In this document: piece by piece, positions 18,464 to 27,445 of the stretch
Position numbering within the stretch: position 1 is the first letter of the stretch
How the letters are laid out: each line of letters begins with the position of its first letter
Source of the DNA: Acidimicrobiia bacterium
GTDB taxonomy: Bacteria > Actinomycetota > Acidimicrobiia > Acidimicrobiales > Poriferisodalaceae
DNA length: 64,000 nucleotides
Reading direction: 5' to 3'
NCBI GenBank assembly: GCA_012960315.1
Contig: DUBN01000073.1
Location: 5,174-69,173, forward strand
Translations under genes and position numbers: made by a program
The notes under the pieces: generated by a model
Seen by the model: the letters and a program-made list of their open reading frames with translations, nothing else
What the model was told of the DNA's origin: nothing
The model's database searches: none

Positions 18464-19770
18464 TTGTCGAATACGGCAAACTACGAGAAGTTGAACGCGA
18501 CAGAGAGACCAGCGATGATCCCACCCACTCCAGAAGAGCTTTATCAACTGTGCCTCCATGATTCAGAGTTTCAAATGGCGGCCCGATATTGGACCGGTGG
18601 AGTTCGCTTCAAGATGGGGTCGGTGCTGACAGGCATCACTATCGAAGATGGCGCACTTCAAGCAGCGATTCCAGATGAGGGGCGGGGAGTCATTACTATC
18701 GAGGGGCCTCAACACGTTTGGGACCAAGTCAGATCTGCAATGCCACCGCGGTTTTTGAACGACATCAATATTGCCACCGGTCGAGGGGGGGGTTGTCTTG
18801 GGTTGGCGATCGCCTCTCGTGGTGGCAGTACCTACCTGCGATCCAACGAATCACTGAACTTCTACGGCTTTCAGAAAAGGTTGCTCCCGACAGGGTGGAG
18901 GAGGGGGGCGGAACAGGAACGTTTGATGCTCCCACCGGTCGTTATGCCCGGCTGGACTTACAAGGTTTAGAGCATCGGATTTACTTCGAAGAGGCCGGAA
19001 CTGGCATTCCGCTTTTGCTTCAACACACCGCTGGTTCACATGGTGTCCAGTGGCGCCATTTGTTCGAAGATTCAGCCAACACAAAGAATTTCAGATTAAT
19101 TGCCTACGATTTGCCCTTCCACGTCAAATCAATTCCTCTCGTCGATCGACGTTGGTGGGCTGAGGAGTATCGGCTTGAGGGTGAGCTGCTGCGAGCGGTT
19201 CCACTTGCGCTCGCTGAGATGCTCGATCTGGATCAGCCAGTCTTTATGGGATGCTCAGTTGGTGGACTTTTGGCGTTTGATTTGGCGCACAAACATCCCG
19301 AGGCTTTTAGGGCGGTGATCTCGTTAGAAGGTGCATTACACATCGGTGGAAATATTGAGATGTTGGAAGGTTTCTGGCACCCACAGGTTTCCAACGAAAC
19401 CAAGGCTCGGATGATGGAAGGTCTGACGGCACCTACCTCGCCCGCACCGTACCGAAAAGAAACCATCCAAACTTATGCGTCGGGATGGCCGCCGGCGTTT
19501 CTCGGAGACCTCTGGTATTACATCTCGGAGTACGACCTTCGCGACGGGGCATCCAGCATTGACACCTCATCAGTCGGCGTCCACATTTTTTCCGGTGAGT
19601 ACGACTACAGCGGCACGATAGAAAAAGGACGCGAAGCTCACGCTGCTGTCAGTGGGTCAACGTTTTGCGAAATGAAAGGAATGAGTCATTTCCCAATGTC
19701 GGAGAATCCGAAGGCGTTCATCGAGTACTTGTTGCCGGTCCTCGAAACAATTAAGGCGATGCCGCTATAA
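18464..19770 (+). pseudogene. SCP2-like N-terminal domain + alpha/beta-hydrolase, reading frame broken at a G8 homopolymer (frameshifted gene or homopolymer sequencing error)
   Basis: Frame 2 (18464..) encodes an SCP2-like domain up to ...FLNDINIATGRGG. At the run of 8 G (18785-18792), one extra G would continue as GLSWVGDRLSWWQYLPAIQRITELL. That is the expected terminal helix of the SCP2 pattern. It would then read on into the frame-1 alpha/beta-hydrolase (RIYFEEAGTGIPLLLQHTAGSH...MGCSVGG nucleophile elbow...) ending at 19770. An alternative independent hydrolase start is GTG ~18895, which has no RBS. Confidence 0.55.
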
Positions 19771-20574
19771 GTCTTCAACAGATGGAAAATTCGAAGGAGG
19801 CATGATGTCAACCGTCGCGGATCGCTGTTGAGCCAACATCCCCCCGTCCACTTTGATGACGTCGCCCGTGACATAACCCGCATCATTTGACGCGAGAAAC
19901 AATGCCGGACCGGTCATGTCGAAGGGTTCTCCGATGCGACCCATAGGGACGTTCTCGCCTCGCAAGATTCGTTGGTCGGCATCTAGCCCACTCGTGTCTA
20001 TTGAGCCCGGCATCAGAGCGTTGACTCGTATTCCGTACGGTCCCAAATCAAGCGCAAGCGCTCGTGTGAATGCCTCAATGCCACCCTTCGTGGCGTCGTA
20101 AGCCGTGAACGATCTATGCGCCCGCGTCGCGCCACCTGATGACATGTTGATAATGACTCCTTCCCCAGCGCGAGCCATTGGCCTTGCTGCGCGATGGGCG
20201 CAGAGGAAGTGCCCGGTCAAGTTCACGTCAATAATGCGCCGCCACCACTCTTCAGTGGCTTCGAAGAAATGCAACATGGGTCCGACAAGGCCAGCGTTGT
20301 TTACCAAAACTTGAACGTGTCCCCATTGAGATTCCACCTGATCGAACATGACACCAACCTGCGCGCTGCTAGCTACATCGCACGGAACCGCTATAGCTAA
20401 ACCGCCAACGTCCGCAATTTGGGCGCATGTCCTTGAGGCAGCTTCAATGTCGACGTCGTTTACTGCGACCCGGGCTCCTTGATCTGCGAAACGATTCGCT
20501 AAGGCTTGGCCGATGCCACTACCGGCACCAGTAACCAAAACGACCTTGTTGGATAAGTCTGGGTAATGGGACAT
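19765..20574 (-). CDS. Short-chain dehydrogenase/reductase (SDR)
   Basis: VVLVTGAGSGIGQALA Rossmann motif, NNAG, and a catalytic Y-x-x-x-K region (FTAYDATKGG). ATG 20574 has GGAGG 4 nt upstream. The 3' end overlaps the convergent hydrolase gene by 6 nt. Confidence 0.9.
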   Translation of the reverse strand: MSHYPDLSNKVVLVTGAGSGIGQALANRFADQGARVAVNDVDIEAASRTCAQIADVGGLAIAVPCDVASSAQVGVMFDQVESQWGHVQVLVNNAGLVGPMLHFFEATEEWWRRIIDVNLTGHFLCAHRAARPMARAGEGVIINMSSGGATRAHRSFTAYDATKGGIEAFTRALALDLGPYGIRVNALMPGSIDTSGLDADQRILRGENVPMGRIGEPFDMTGPALFLASNDAGYVTGDVIKVDGGMLAQQRSATVDIMPPSNFPSVEDL

Positions 20575-20607
20575 ATGTCCTCCGGGATCTGCCTCAAAGG
20601 CTCAGGT

Positions 20608-21624
20608 CTATGTGAAGAATTTGGGCGTGTGCCCAAGGTCGGGACGTGCGGATCCGTCAACGTCGCGATCCGAGACTATGTAGCGGCATATGCGTTGACC
20701 GTGATCGGAAAGCGTCTGGTAGACGGAACTAGGCATGGACAACGCCATTGGCTCTCGAAACCAAGGTGCGTAGTACTCAATGTTGGGGATGGCCCTGAGT
20801 TCGTTGGATAAATTGGGGGTACCCCCGTGCCAGGCTCTCGGGTCCCTGATGAGCACACTCCCAGCCGCAGCAGGGCAAATGGTACTGAATTTCATCCAGT
20901 CGGGTTCCTCATCAAGTCCCGGGATCTGCTGGCGGGAGTGCTGGGTACCCGGGATTTGTCTAGTGGGACCATTTTGGCTCGTGAAGTCCGTCATCAAAAA
21001 GTTGCAACACACGTACGGACACGGGAGGTCCCGAATCGTCATCAACCCTCGTGGATCCCAAAAAGCACCAGATGTCTTGCTGTCGCTGTTGTCGGCCGCA
21101 GCTGAGTGATCGGCTATTTCTCGTCGGTCGCCAACGTCGCTGTGTAGAGGCTGGTAATCAACGGCACCGGGCAAGCAAAAGTCCCCGCCTCCACCACGAC
21201 AGATGTAATCAGGAGATTCGAAGATGGCCTCGAGGATGGGAGTGACCGTGGGCAGGTCGATAAGCATCGCCCACTCCGATTGATGGACCTGATGACCGCT
21301 TTTGCTGGCAGATCCCAAGCTATAGCGGTGCGAGCCACGGTTACCTTGCCTCTCGGTGTCTATCGCCATAATTTCGCCGATGACTCGAGCGCACCCGTCA
21401 CGCATGGTTAGGAGTTGTGGGCCAGTGAGCGCTTCGCTAACCACTACAAAACCGTCCCGATAAAAAATTCGCTTTGCGTCTTGGACGCGGTCGGGCGTGA
21501 CGATTTCGAGTCCCGTAATACCATTCTTGTGGGCGAGTAACTCTCTCTGGCGCTGCAGCTCCGGCGATTCAGAGTCAAGACCGACCCACCCGTAACGCAT
21601 CCCGAGGTTCAACGAGTCACTCAC
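20608..21624 (-). CDS. Phytanoyl-CoA dioxygenase (PhyH) family Fe(II)/2-oxoglutarate dioxygenase
   Basis: FYRDGFVVVSEAL, facial-triad H-x-D in YQPLHSDVGD, and distal His in RAWHGGTPN. The start is uncertain: GTG 21624 overlaps the upstream stop, and TTG 21612 / ATG 21600 are alternatives. Confidence 0.78.
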   Translation of the reverse strand: MSDSLNLGMRYGWVGLDSESPELQRQRELLAHKNGITGLEIVTPDRVQDAKRIFYRDGFVVVSEALTGPQLLTMRDGCARVIGEIMAIDTERQGNRGSHRYSLGSASKSGHQVHQSEWAMLIDLPTVTPILEAIFESPDYICRGGGGDFCLPGAVDYQPLHSDVGDRREIADHSAAADNSDSKTSGAFWDPRGLMTIRDLPCPYVCCNFLMTDFTSQNGPTRQIPGTQHSRQQIPGLDEEPDWMKFSTICPAAAGSVLIRDPRAWHGGTPNLSNELRAIPNIEYYAPWFREPMALSMPSSVYQTLSDHGQRICRYIVSDRDVDGSARPDLGHTPKFFT

Positions 21625-22618
21625 CTCCAGCTGCTTTCACGAGATTTCGCAGCAACCGGATCGCTTCATCATGGGGGACGCGACCACAACCACAAGAGGT
21701 TGATAACAACAATCTGTCTTCGTCTACGACGTCTAGGAGAGCCGCGATTCGATCACTGAGCTCGGACACAGATTGAGGTTCGCGTTTCACGTCCGCGATT
21801 CCAGCGACAATTTCAATCGAGGGCGGAATTTCGGCGAGGAGGGCGCGATCAGACCATTGCCCGGCGTGGCTGCACTCAATGTGGGCTCGGTCAATAAAGC
21901 CGTCTAGGGCTTGGAAAAGTGGCATCAACGAAACCAAATTTTGGACTTCGGTGCCAGCTTTTCGAGAAATGTCACCTAAACAAAAATGAACCGTTCGAGT
22001 GATTCCAGATACACCGTCAAATGGCGCAGTTAAAGAATCAACAAGTTGATCGGCTTGATGTGTGCCGTTAGCTAGAGCCATCGCTTCTGCTGGAGCATCA
22101 AGCTGTATCTCGCTTGCGCCAGCTTTAACCATGTCCTCGACTTCGGCTTTAACAATCCTGATGTAGTTCGGCAGTTGCTCTTCGATTCGCGGGTCTGTCT
22201 CTAATCCGAGTGTCATTGTTCGAGGGCTGGGCACGGCGCCCTTGTCGAGTCGAGGTTCAATCTTGCGTTCACGTCGAAATCCCAAGGCGTGGCCCGTGCC
22301 TATAGGAGCGGACACATCACCAATGATTCGATATCTTCCGATTCCCTGGTAGCCCTTAGCTGGATCTCGGCGTTGCATAGTTTCGAGACCCGCGAGCCTC
22401 GGCGGTACATGGTGAACGAAATCTGGCCCCCACACCTCGCCACCCATGATTTGCTCGACGCCGCATGCGATCATTTCGTCCATAGCGATGCGTGCCGCAC
22501 GACTGAGAAGTCCGTCCGCTTCACTATCGGTGAATGTCCCGGCATAATAACTTTTGAGAGCGAGACGCAGCCCGAAGGGGATCGGCCATGAACCGACGCA
22601 TGTTGTCCGGATAGTCAT
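21617..22618 (-). CDS. Cobalamin-independent methionine-synthase-like (MetE C-terminal domain / methionine synthase II family) Zn-dependent methyltransferase-fold protein
   Basis: MTIRTTCVGSWPIP N terminus. Putative Zn ligands are H-x-C in TVHFCLGD, Glu in AHIECSH and Cys in STSCGCGR. ATG 22618 is preferred over the track's GTG 22645. Confidence 0.75.
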   Translation of the reverse strand: MTIRTTCVGSWPIPFGLRLALKSYYAGTFTDSEADGLLSRAARIAMDEMIACGVEQIMGGEVWGPDFVHHVPPRLAGLETMQRRDPAKGYQGIGRYRIIGDVSAPIGTGHALGFRRERKIEPRLDKGAVPSPRTMTLGLETDPRIEEQLPNYIRIVKAEVEDMVKAGASEIQLDAPAEAMALANGTHQADQLVDSLTAPFDGVSGITRTVHFCLGDISRKAGTEVQNLVSLMPLFQALDGFIDRAHIECSHAGQWSDRALLAEIPPSIEIVAGIADVKREPQSVSELSDRIAALLDVVDEDRLLLSTSCGCGRVPHDEAIRLLRNLVKAAGGE

Positions 22619-22625
22619 GCGTTGA

Positions 22626-23615
22626 TCACTTGGCGACGCCCCCACTGGAGAGTTCTTTCCAGAGGGAGCGATAGTTAGGCCATGTTATTTCAGGTGTGAT
22701 GTAACCCTCTTCTTCGAGGATCTGGGTCAATTTGGGCAAATTTCGGAACGGAATTCCACTATCAACGTGATGCGCGAGGTGGTGGCCGACACCGTGTGGC
22801 ACGAGAATTAGTCGAGCAATCAAGCCCTGCTTGACATGGTGAGCAGTGTTTCGACGATCTAAAGACCGCGTCATTCCCCCATGCTCAGCAATTCCTCTGA
22901 GGCGGTTGAGAACTTGGTACGCGGTTGCAAAAGGCAGCACCCACAAGAAGAGATACGCCCATGGGTGGCCAAAAACTGTGAAAAGAGAAAAAACAATCAG
23001 CTGCCCGAGGTAAAAGCGAAAACTGTTCGCCCAGTAACGCCGTTGAAATAGACCAGTTAGTCGCGGACGTAACGTTCTATACGCAGAAACACCGGTGCTG
23101 TCCCGACGGAGTTTTCTTCGCATCGATTCCCGAGTTATCGGGTAGAACGCATAAAGGAGGAAGTCAGGTTCCTTGGGTCCGAATTCATCGCGATGGTGAT
23201 GGGCGTGTGCCCGACGGTATGCGTGGGTTCCAGTTCCGAACGACAACCAGCCAAAGATTGTTACTCCGAGGAGATCGTTCAATCGTCGATTGGAAAATAA
23301 AAGGCGGTGCGCTCCCTCATGATGAAGAATGAACATCCGATTTTGAACAACGCCCATTATTGGAATGGCGGCAAGAGTTGCCGTCCAATGGTCGAGGTAA
23401 AACGCTCCGGCGAGAATGGCAATGGGCAGGGCGAGCGAAGATAGACAAGCCCACAAGTTCCGTAGGTCACTTATGGAGCGAAGCTCTGCGCGAAGCTCTG
23501 GAGACGGCTTGCCATCGGGTCTGCAGACGTCACTACCAGCAAACGCTGCGGGCGACGAAACCATGCCACCTGTCATCGTTTCGACAAGAGCTTCGTGAGT
23601 CGGAGCTTTGCTCAT
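22626..23615 (-). CDS. Membrane fatty-acid-desaturase family protein (di-iron His-box enzyme)
   Basis: Three His boxes (HHEGAHR, HAHHHRDE, HHLAHHV) with hydrophobic segments between them. ATG 23615. Confidence 0.88.
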   Translation of the reverse strand: MSKAPTHEALVETMTGGMVSSPAAFAGSDVCRPDGKPSPELRAELRSISDLRNLWACLSSLALPIAILAGAFYLDHWTATLAAIPIMGVVQNRMFILHHEGAHRLLFSNRRLNDLLGVTIFGWLSFGTGTHAYRRAHAHHHRDEFGPKEPDFLLYAFYPITRESMRRKLRRDSTGVSAYRTLRPRLTGLFQRRYWANSFRFYLGQLIVFSLFTVFGHPWAYLFLWVLPFATAYQVLNRLRGIAEHGGMTRSLDRRNTAHHVKQGLIARLILVPHGVGHHLAHHVDSGIPFRNLPKLTQILEEEGYITPEITWPNYRSLWKELSSGGVAK

Positions 23616-23667
23616 AGCTCAACGGTAGTGGTTTCTACCATTTGGGTTGCTATCACACCCTCACTAA

Positions 23668-24291
23668 GTGAAAGGCTGTCTGTTCTTGCAACGAATAATC
23701 GCGTTAGATATGGAGGGTGTCGTAACTCCGGAGATTTGGATTGCTGTGGCATCGCGTACCGGGATTTCCGAGCTACGGCGCACCACACGCGAGGAACCGA
23801 ACTATCAGAAACTGATGAATAGGCGAATTGCCATCCTCAATGAATACAAGATCCCGTTGTCGCTCATCCGTGATGTCATCTCAGAGTTAGATGTTTTGGA
23901 AGGATCACGTGCTTTCCTGGATGGTTTACGGCGGAACTACCAAGTAGTGCTGTTGTCCGACACATTTGAGCAATTCGCGGATCATTTCATGACGCAATTG
24001 GGATATCCACACCTGTTGTGTCACCGGTTAATTGTTGAAGCCGGTCAGATCACACGCTTTGTTCCTAGGGTTGAGGACGCTAAACGGCGAGCGGTGCTTG
24101 GTTACCAAGAATTGGGCTACCACATCACCGCAGTCGGTGACTCTCACAACGACGTCAACATGTTGCAACAAGCAGAAGCTGGGTGCCTGTTCCGGGCAGC
24201 GCCGGGCCTTCCAGACAAATATCCGGACTTAGTGTCCCTAGAGGCCTACGATGAACTCACTAAATGGATTGACTTCTCCGCAGGCAACTAG
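23668..24291 (+). CDS. thrH: HAD-family phosphoserine phosphatase / homoserine phosphotransferase ThrH-like
   Basis: The translation IIALDMEGVVTPEIWIAVASRTGISELRRTTREEPNYQKLMNRRIAIL...VVLLSDTFEQFADHFMTQLGYPHLLCHRL...AVGDSHNDVNML runs colinear with Pseudomonas ThrH as I recall it (ACLDLEGVLVPEIWIAFAEKTGI...VVILSDTF...AAGDSYNDTTML). The start is GTG 23668 or TTG 23686. Confidence 0.75.
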   Translation: MKGCLFLQRIIALDMEGVVTPEIWIAVASRTGISELRRTTREEPNYQKLMNRRIAILNEYKIPLSLIRDVISELDVLEGSRAFLDGLRRNYQVVLLSDTFEQFADHFMTQLGYPHLLCHRLIVEAGQITRFVPRVEDAKRRAVLGYQELGYHITAVGDSHNDVNMLQQAEAGCLFRAAPGLPDKYPDLVSLEAYDELTKWIDFSAGN

Positions 24292-24308
24292 CGACACAGG
24301 AGGACAGC

Positions 24309-24830
24309 ATGGCTAAACCCGCCAAGCTCGCACATTTTGTTTTACGCACAAGTGACATTGATCGTTTGGCCGACTGGTACTGCTCAGTGCTCGAAGCGCG
24401 GGTAGTGCATCGCAACAAAATGATTTCCTTCGCCACGTTCGATGATGAACACCACCGAATCGCTTTTATAGATCGCGGGTTTAAAAGCGGTCCAGAACCT
24501 GAGAGCAACGGCGTTGATCACGTGGCGTTCACCTATGAGAACCTCGAAGACTTGTTGTCCACCTACGTACGCCTACGCGACCAAGGAATTGTGCCTCAGA
24601 GGACAATTAATCACGGTATGACAACCTCGATGTATTACAGCGACCCAGATGGCAATCGCATCGAACTGCAGGTCGAGAACTTTACTGACGCACAAGAAGC
24701 GGTTGACTTCATGAACGGCCCAATTTTTGAGGCGAACCCTATTGGAGTGTTGTTCGACGCGGACGAGTTAGTCGAGCGATTTGATGCGGGCGTGCCTGAA
24801 GAGGAACTAGTTCGCCAAGGCGAAAGCTAA
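24309..24830 (+). CDS. VOC (glyoxalase/bleomycin-resistance/extradiol dioxygenase) family protein, single-domain BphC-III-like
   Basis: LAHFVLRTSDIDRLADWYCSVLEARVV, DDEHHRIAF, VDHVAFTYENLEDL and YYSDPDGNRIELQ. The RBS AGGAGGA lies 5 nt upstream of ATG 24309. Confidence 0.8.
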   Translation: MAKPAKLAHFVLRTSDIDRLADWYCSVLEARVVHRNKMISFATFDDEHHRIAFIDRGFKSGPEPESNGVDHVAFTYENLEDLLSTYVRLRDQGIVPQRTINHGMTTSMYYSDPDGNRIELQVENFTDAQEAVDFMNGPIFEANPIGVLFDADELVERFDAGVPEEELVRQGES

Positions 24831-24836
24831 ATTCCG

Positions 24837-25907
24837 TTACGGCTTTTTGCTGAGGAAATAGTTGTTGGATCTATCGTCGCGGACACCGGTGATTTCGATG
24901 TCTGCGAAGCCGGCGGCAGTCAGATATTCAGTCGCGGTCTGATGACCCCACGCTGTGCCGAGCCCTTCACCTCCGTAAGCCAGGGAAACGGTCATGCAGT
25001 GCATGGTCGACACTGTGTACATGAACGGGGCCATGGGGTCTTGCATATTTTCTTCCAGAAGACTGGAAGCCTTCGGCTCAACGCAGAGATAGGTGCCACC
25101 GCTACGAAGCATGCGATTAACGCCTTCCAGAACTGCCATGGGGTGAGCTTGATCGTGGATTGCATCGAAGGTGGTCACCACGTCGAAACGGTCACTGGTA
25201 TCGAGTTGAGCTGCGTCGCATAACTCGAAAGTCACGTTATCTAGCTCTGCCGAATTTTCGCGAGCTGCTGCTATGCCCCCTTCGGAAACATCAAAACCGA
25301 CGAACCGGCTGTTTGGATACGCCGAACCAAGGATGCCTAGAGCCTTCCCGCTACCGCAGCCGACGTCGGCCATATCGATCCCACTTGTTAGTTGATCGTT
25401 GATGCCCAATAGCGGCACGATTTGGTCGATCAATGTGCGGTCGAACCTATTGCCGCTGGTTTCGGACATGAGAGCTTGGAAGCGCGGGAATTTGTCGTAA
25501 GGAACGCCCCCGCCGGATTGGAAAGCTTCGACGATGTCGGCTTCGACTTCGGCTAGCAATCCGATTTGTTGCATCGGAACTGTCAGATTGAGAGGACCAC
25601 TTCTTCTGGTTAACAAACCAGCATGTTCAGCGGGAAGCTGGAACTGGTCCGTCGTGGAGTTGTAGTTGATGACGCCGCCGCAAGCCATGGCCGAAAGCCA
25701 TTCGCGGACGTAGCGCTCGCTGAGCCCGCTTCGTTCTGCGATGTCAGTCGAAGAAGCCGGCTCCGCTCCGTCCATCGCGTCGAACAACCCAGTTTTGTGT
25801 CCGATGCTCATCATGAGCGACAGAGCGCCGCCGTTCATGATTCCAAGCATTGTTTGGGTAAAGGCACGCGCTTTGTCTTTGTCGTATGTCACATCGATTT
25901 CAGCCAT
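24837..25907 (-). CDS. Class I SAM-dependent methyltransferase with N-terminal winged-helix-like domain (Rv2258c-like)
   Basis: SAM motif I DVGCGSGKALGILG, followed by FVGFDVS and FDVVTTFDAIHD. The N-terminal ~100 aa resemble a wHTH dimerisation domain (STDIAERSGLSERYVREWLSAM). Confidence 0.85.
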   Translation of the reverse strand: MAEIDVTYDKDKARAFTQTMLGIMNGGALSLMMSIGHKTGLFDAMDGAEPASSTDIAERSGLSERYVREWLSAMACGGVINYNSTTDQFQLPAEHAGLLTRRSGPLNLTVPMQQIGLLAEVEADIVEAFQSGGGVPYDKFPRFQALMSETSGNRFDRTLIDQIVPLLGINDQLTSGIDMADVGCGSGKALGILGSAYPNSRFVGFDVSEGGIAAARENSAELDNVTFELCDAAQLDTSDRFDVVTTFDAIHDQAHPMAVLEGVNRMLRSGGTYLCVEPKASSLLEENMQDPMAPFMYTVSTMHCMTVSLAYGGEGLGTAWGHQTATEYLTAAGFADIEITGVRDDRSNNYFLSKKP

Positions 25908-25925
25908 AACTAAATTGTTCCATGA

Positions 25926-27383
25926 TTAGGGTGAAGTTTGCCTCGGAAGTTGTTCGCGTGGATACAGAAACCACATAAGCGGCGCAACCAGCAACTGCAG
26001 TACTCCCAGTACGAGCCACATGAGGTCGTATCGCGCAACTGTGTGTGTGCCGTTTAATACGGTGATTGCTACAGCAACCCCCATGCCTCCGACTGCGTAC
26101 CGGAGACTTTGATGTATGCCGTTCGCGGTAGCAATGGACTCGGCAGGAATATCGCGTAGTGCTGCGCTGTTGAGCTGACTAGCGAGGATTCCCATACCGA
26201 GTCCAAACAGGACTGAAGCTGGAAAAAAGGCGAGCCAGTACTCGAGTTCCTCGTCGAGGAGAAAGTAGAGCCAAAAGAAGCCTGCAGTTCCAGTTAAGGA
26301 AGCAAGCGACATTATTCCTCGGAACCCGTGCTTGTCCGCCCAGCGCCCACCCATGACAGCGACGGCAGCGGAAATTACTGGGGATGGCGTGAAAGCCAAT
26401 CCGACCTTTGTTTTGCTGTACCCCCAAATTTCTGTGAGGAAAAGGGGCCATAAGAACCAGCTAGTGAATGCGCCAACCATGGCGAAGGTCACCGCGATGT
26501 TGGAAACGGTAAAGGAGCGAATACGAAACAAGGCTGGATCGAACAAGGGTTCTGGATGATTGGATGATCGGCGGATAAATACCGGGAGCAGTAGTGCTGC
26601 GCCCACGAAACAGGCCAAGGTGTACGGAGAAGCCCAGCCCCATGACCTCCCTTGGAGGGTTCCAAGAACAAGCAAAAATACGGACCCGCTGCCCATCAAA
26701 ACACCGAGGAGATCCAGTGACTGCTTTGTTGACGGCTCGGCAGTTTCTTTCAAGAAGAGTTTGGCGCCAAGCAGACCCAAGCCAATGATCGGGACGAGCA
26801 CCAAATACACCCATCGCCAGGAACTGATTTCGAGCACGAAAGCTGCAAAACCTGGTGATAGTCCAGAAGCAAACATTCCAGCTGCCGCCCAGAGCCCGAT
26901 CACGCTGGCTTGCTTTGCTTGGGGAAACTGTGGAAGTACCAGAGCGAGGGAGGAAGGCACCGTGAGCGCTCCGAACATGCCCTGGAGTGCCCTTGCCAAA
27001 ACGAGGATTAATGGGTTTGGGGCGAGACCAGCTCCTAACGCGCCTAGGAGCAGGCCGAACAATCCGATGCGAAATATCGTCAACCGCCCATAACGGTCGG
27101 CGAGGCGACCTCCAGCCAACATGGTCGTGGCAAAAGCGAGTGAGTAGCCCGCAATAATCCAGCCGGTCATGCCGGTACTGACACCAGGAAACGACCGCAC
27201 TATCTCGGGAAATGCGACGTTGGAAACTGTCACATTTACCGTACCGAGCACGAAGGCAAGAGAGCCAGTTGCTAGGGCGAAATACGGCCGAACTGGCCGC
27301 GGTTTCCCCATATGGGATGAGCGCTCGCCGTGTCGCACCGCGAACACCATTGGGGTTCGCTGATCCAACTGGGCGTCATTCAC
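25926..27383 (-). CDS. MFS transporter, DHA2/EmrB-like (about 14 TM)
   Basis: Polytopic, with the motif GGRLADRYGRLTIFRIG. Length and hydrophobic pattern fit a 14-TM drug/H+ antiporter type. The start is uncertain: GTG 27383 is the longest, and ATG 27350 or 27311 are possible. Confidence 0.82.
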   Translation of the reverse strand: MNDAQLDQRTPMVFAVRHGERSSHMGKPRPVRPYFALATGSLAFVLGTVNVTVSNVAFPEIVRSFPGVSTGMTGWIIAGYSLAFATTMLAGGRLADRYGRLTIFRIGLFGLLLGALGAGLAPNPLILVLARALQGMFGALTVPSSLALVLPQFPQAKQASVIGLWAAAGMFASGLSPGFAAFVLEISSWRWVYLVLVPIIGLGLLGAKLFLKETAEPSTKQSLDLLGVLMGSGSVFLLVLGTLQGRSWGWASPYTLACFVGAALLLPVFIRRSSNHPEPLFDPALFRIRSFTVSNIAVTFAMVGAFTSWFLWPLFLTEIWGYSKTKVGLAFTPSPVISAAVAVMGGRWADKHGFRGIMSLASLTGTAGFFWLYFLLDEELEYWLAFFPASVLFGLGMGILASQLNSAALRDIPAESIATANGIHQSLRYAVGGMGVAVAITVLNGTHTVARYDLMWLVLGVLQLLVAPLMWFLYPREQLPRQTSP

Positions 27384-27445
27384 CGGCTTGAGGGTACGCT
27401 GCGGCCGTCTCTAAAAGTGCTTTGACGAACGCTAGTGGGAACAAT

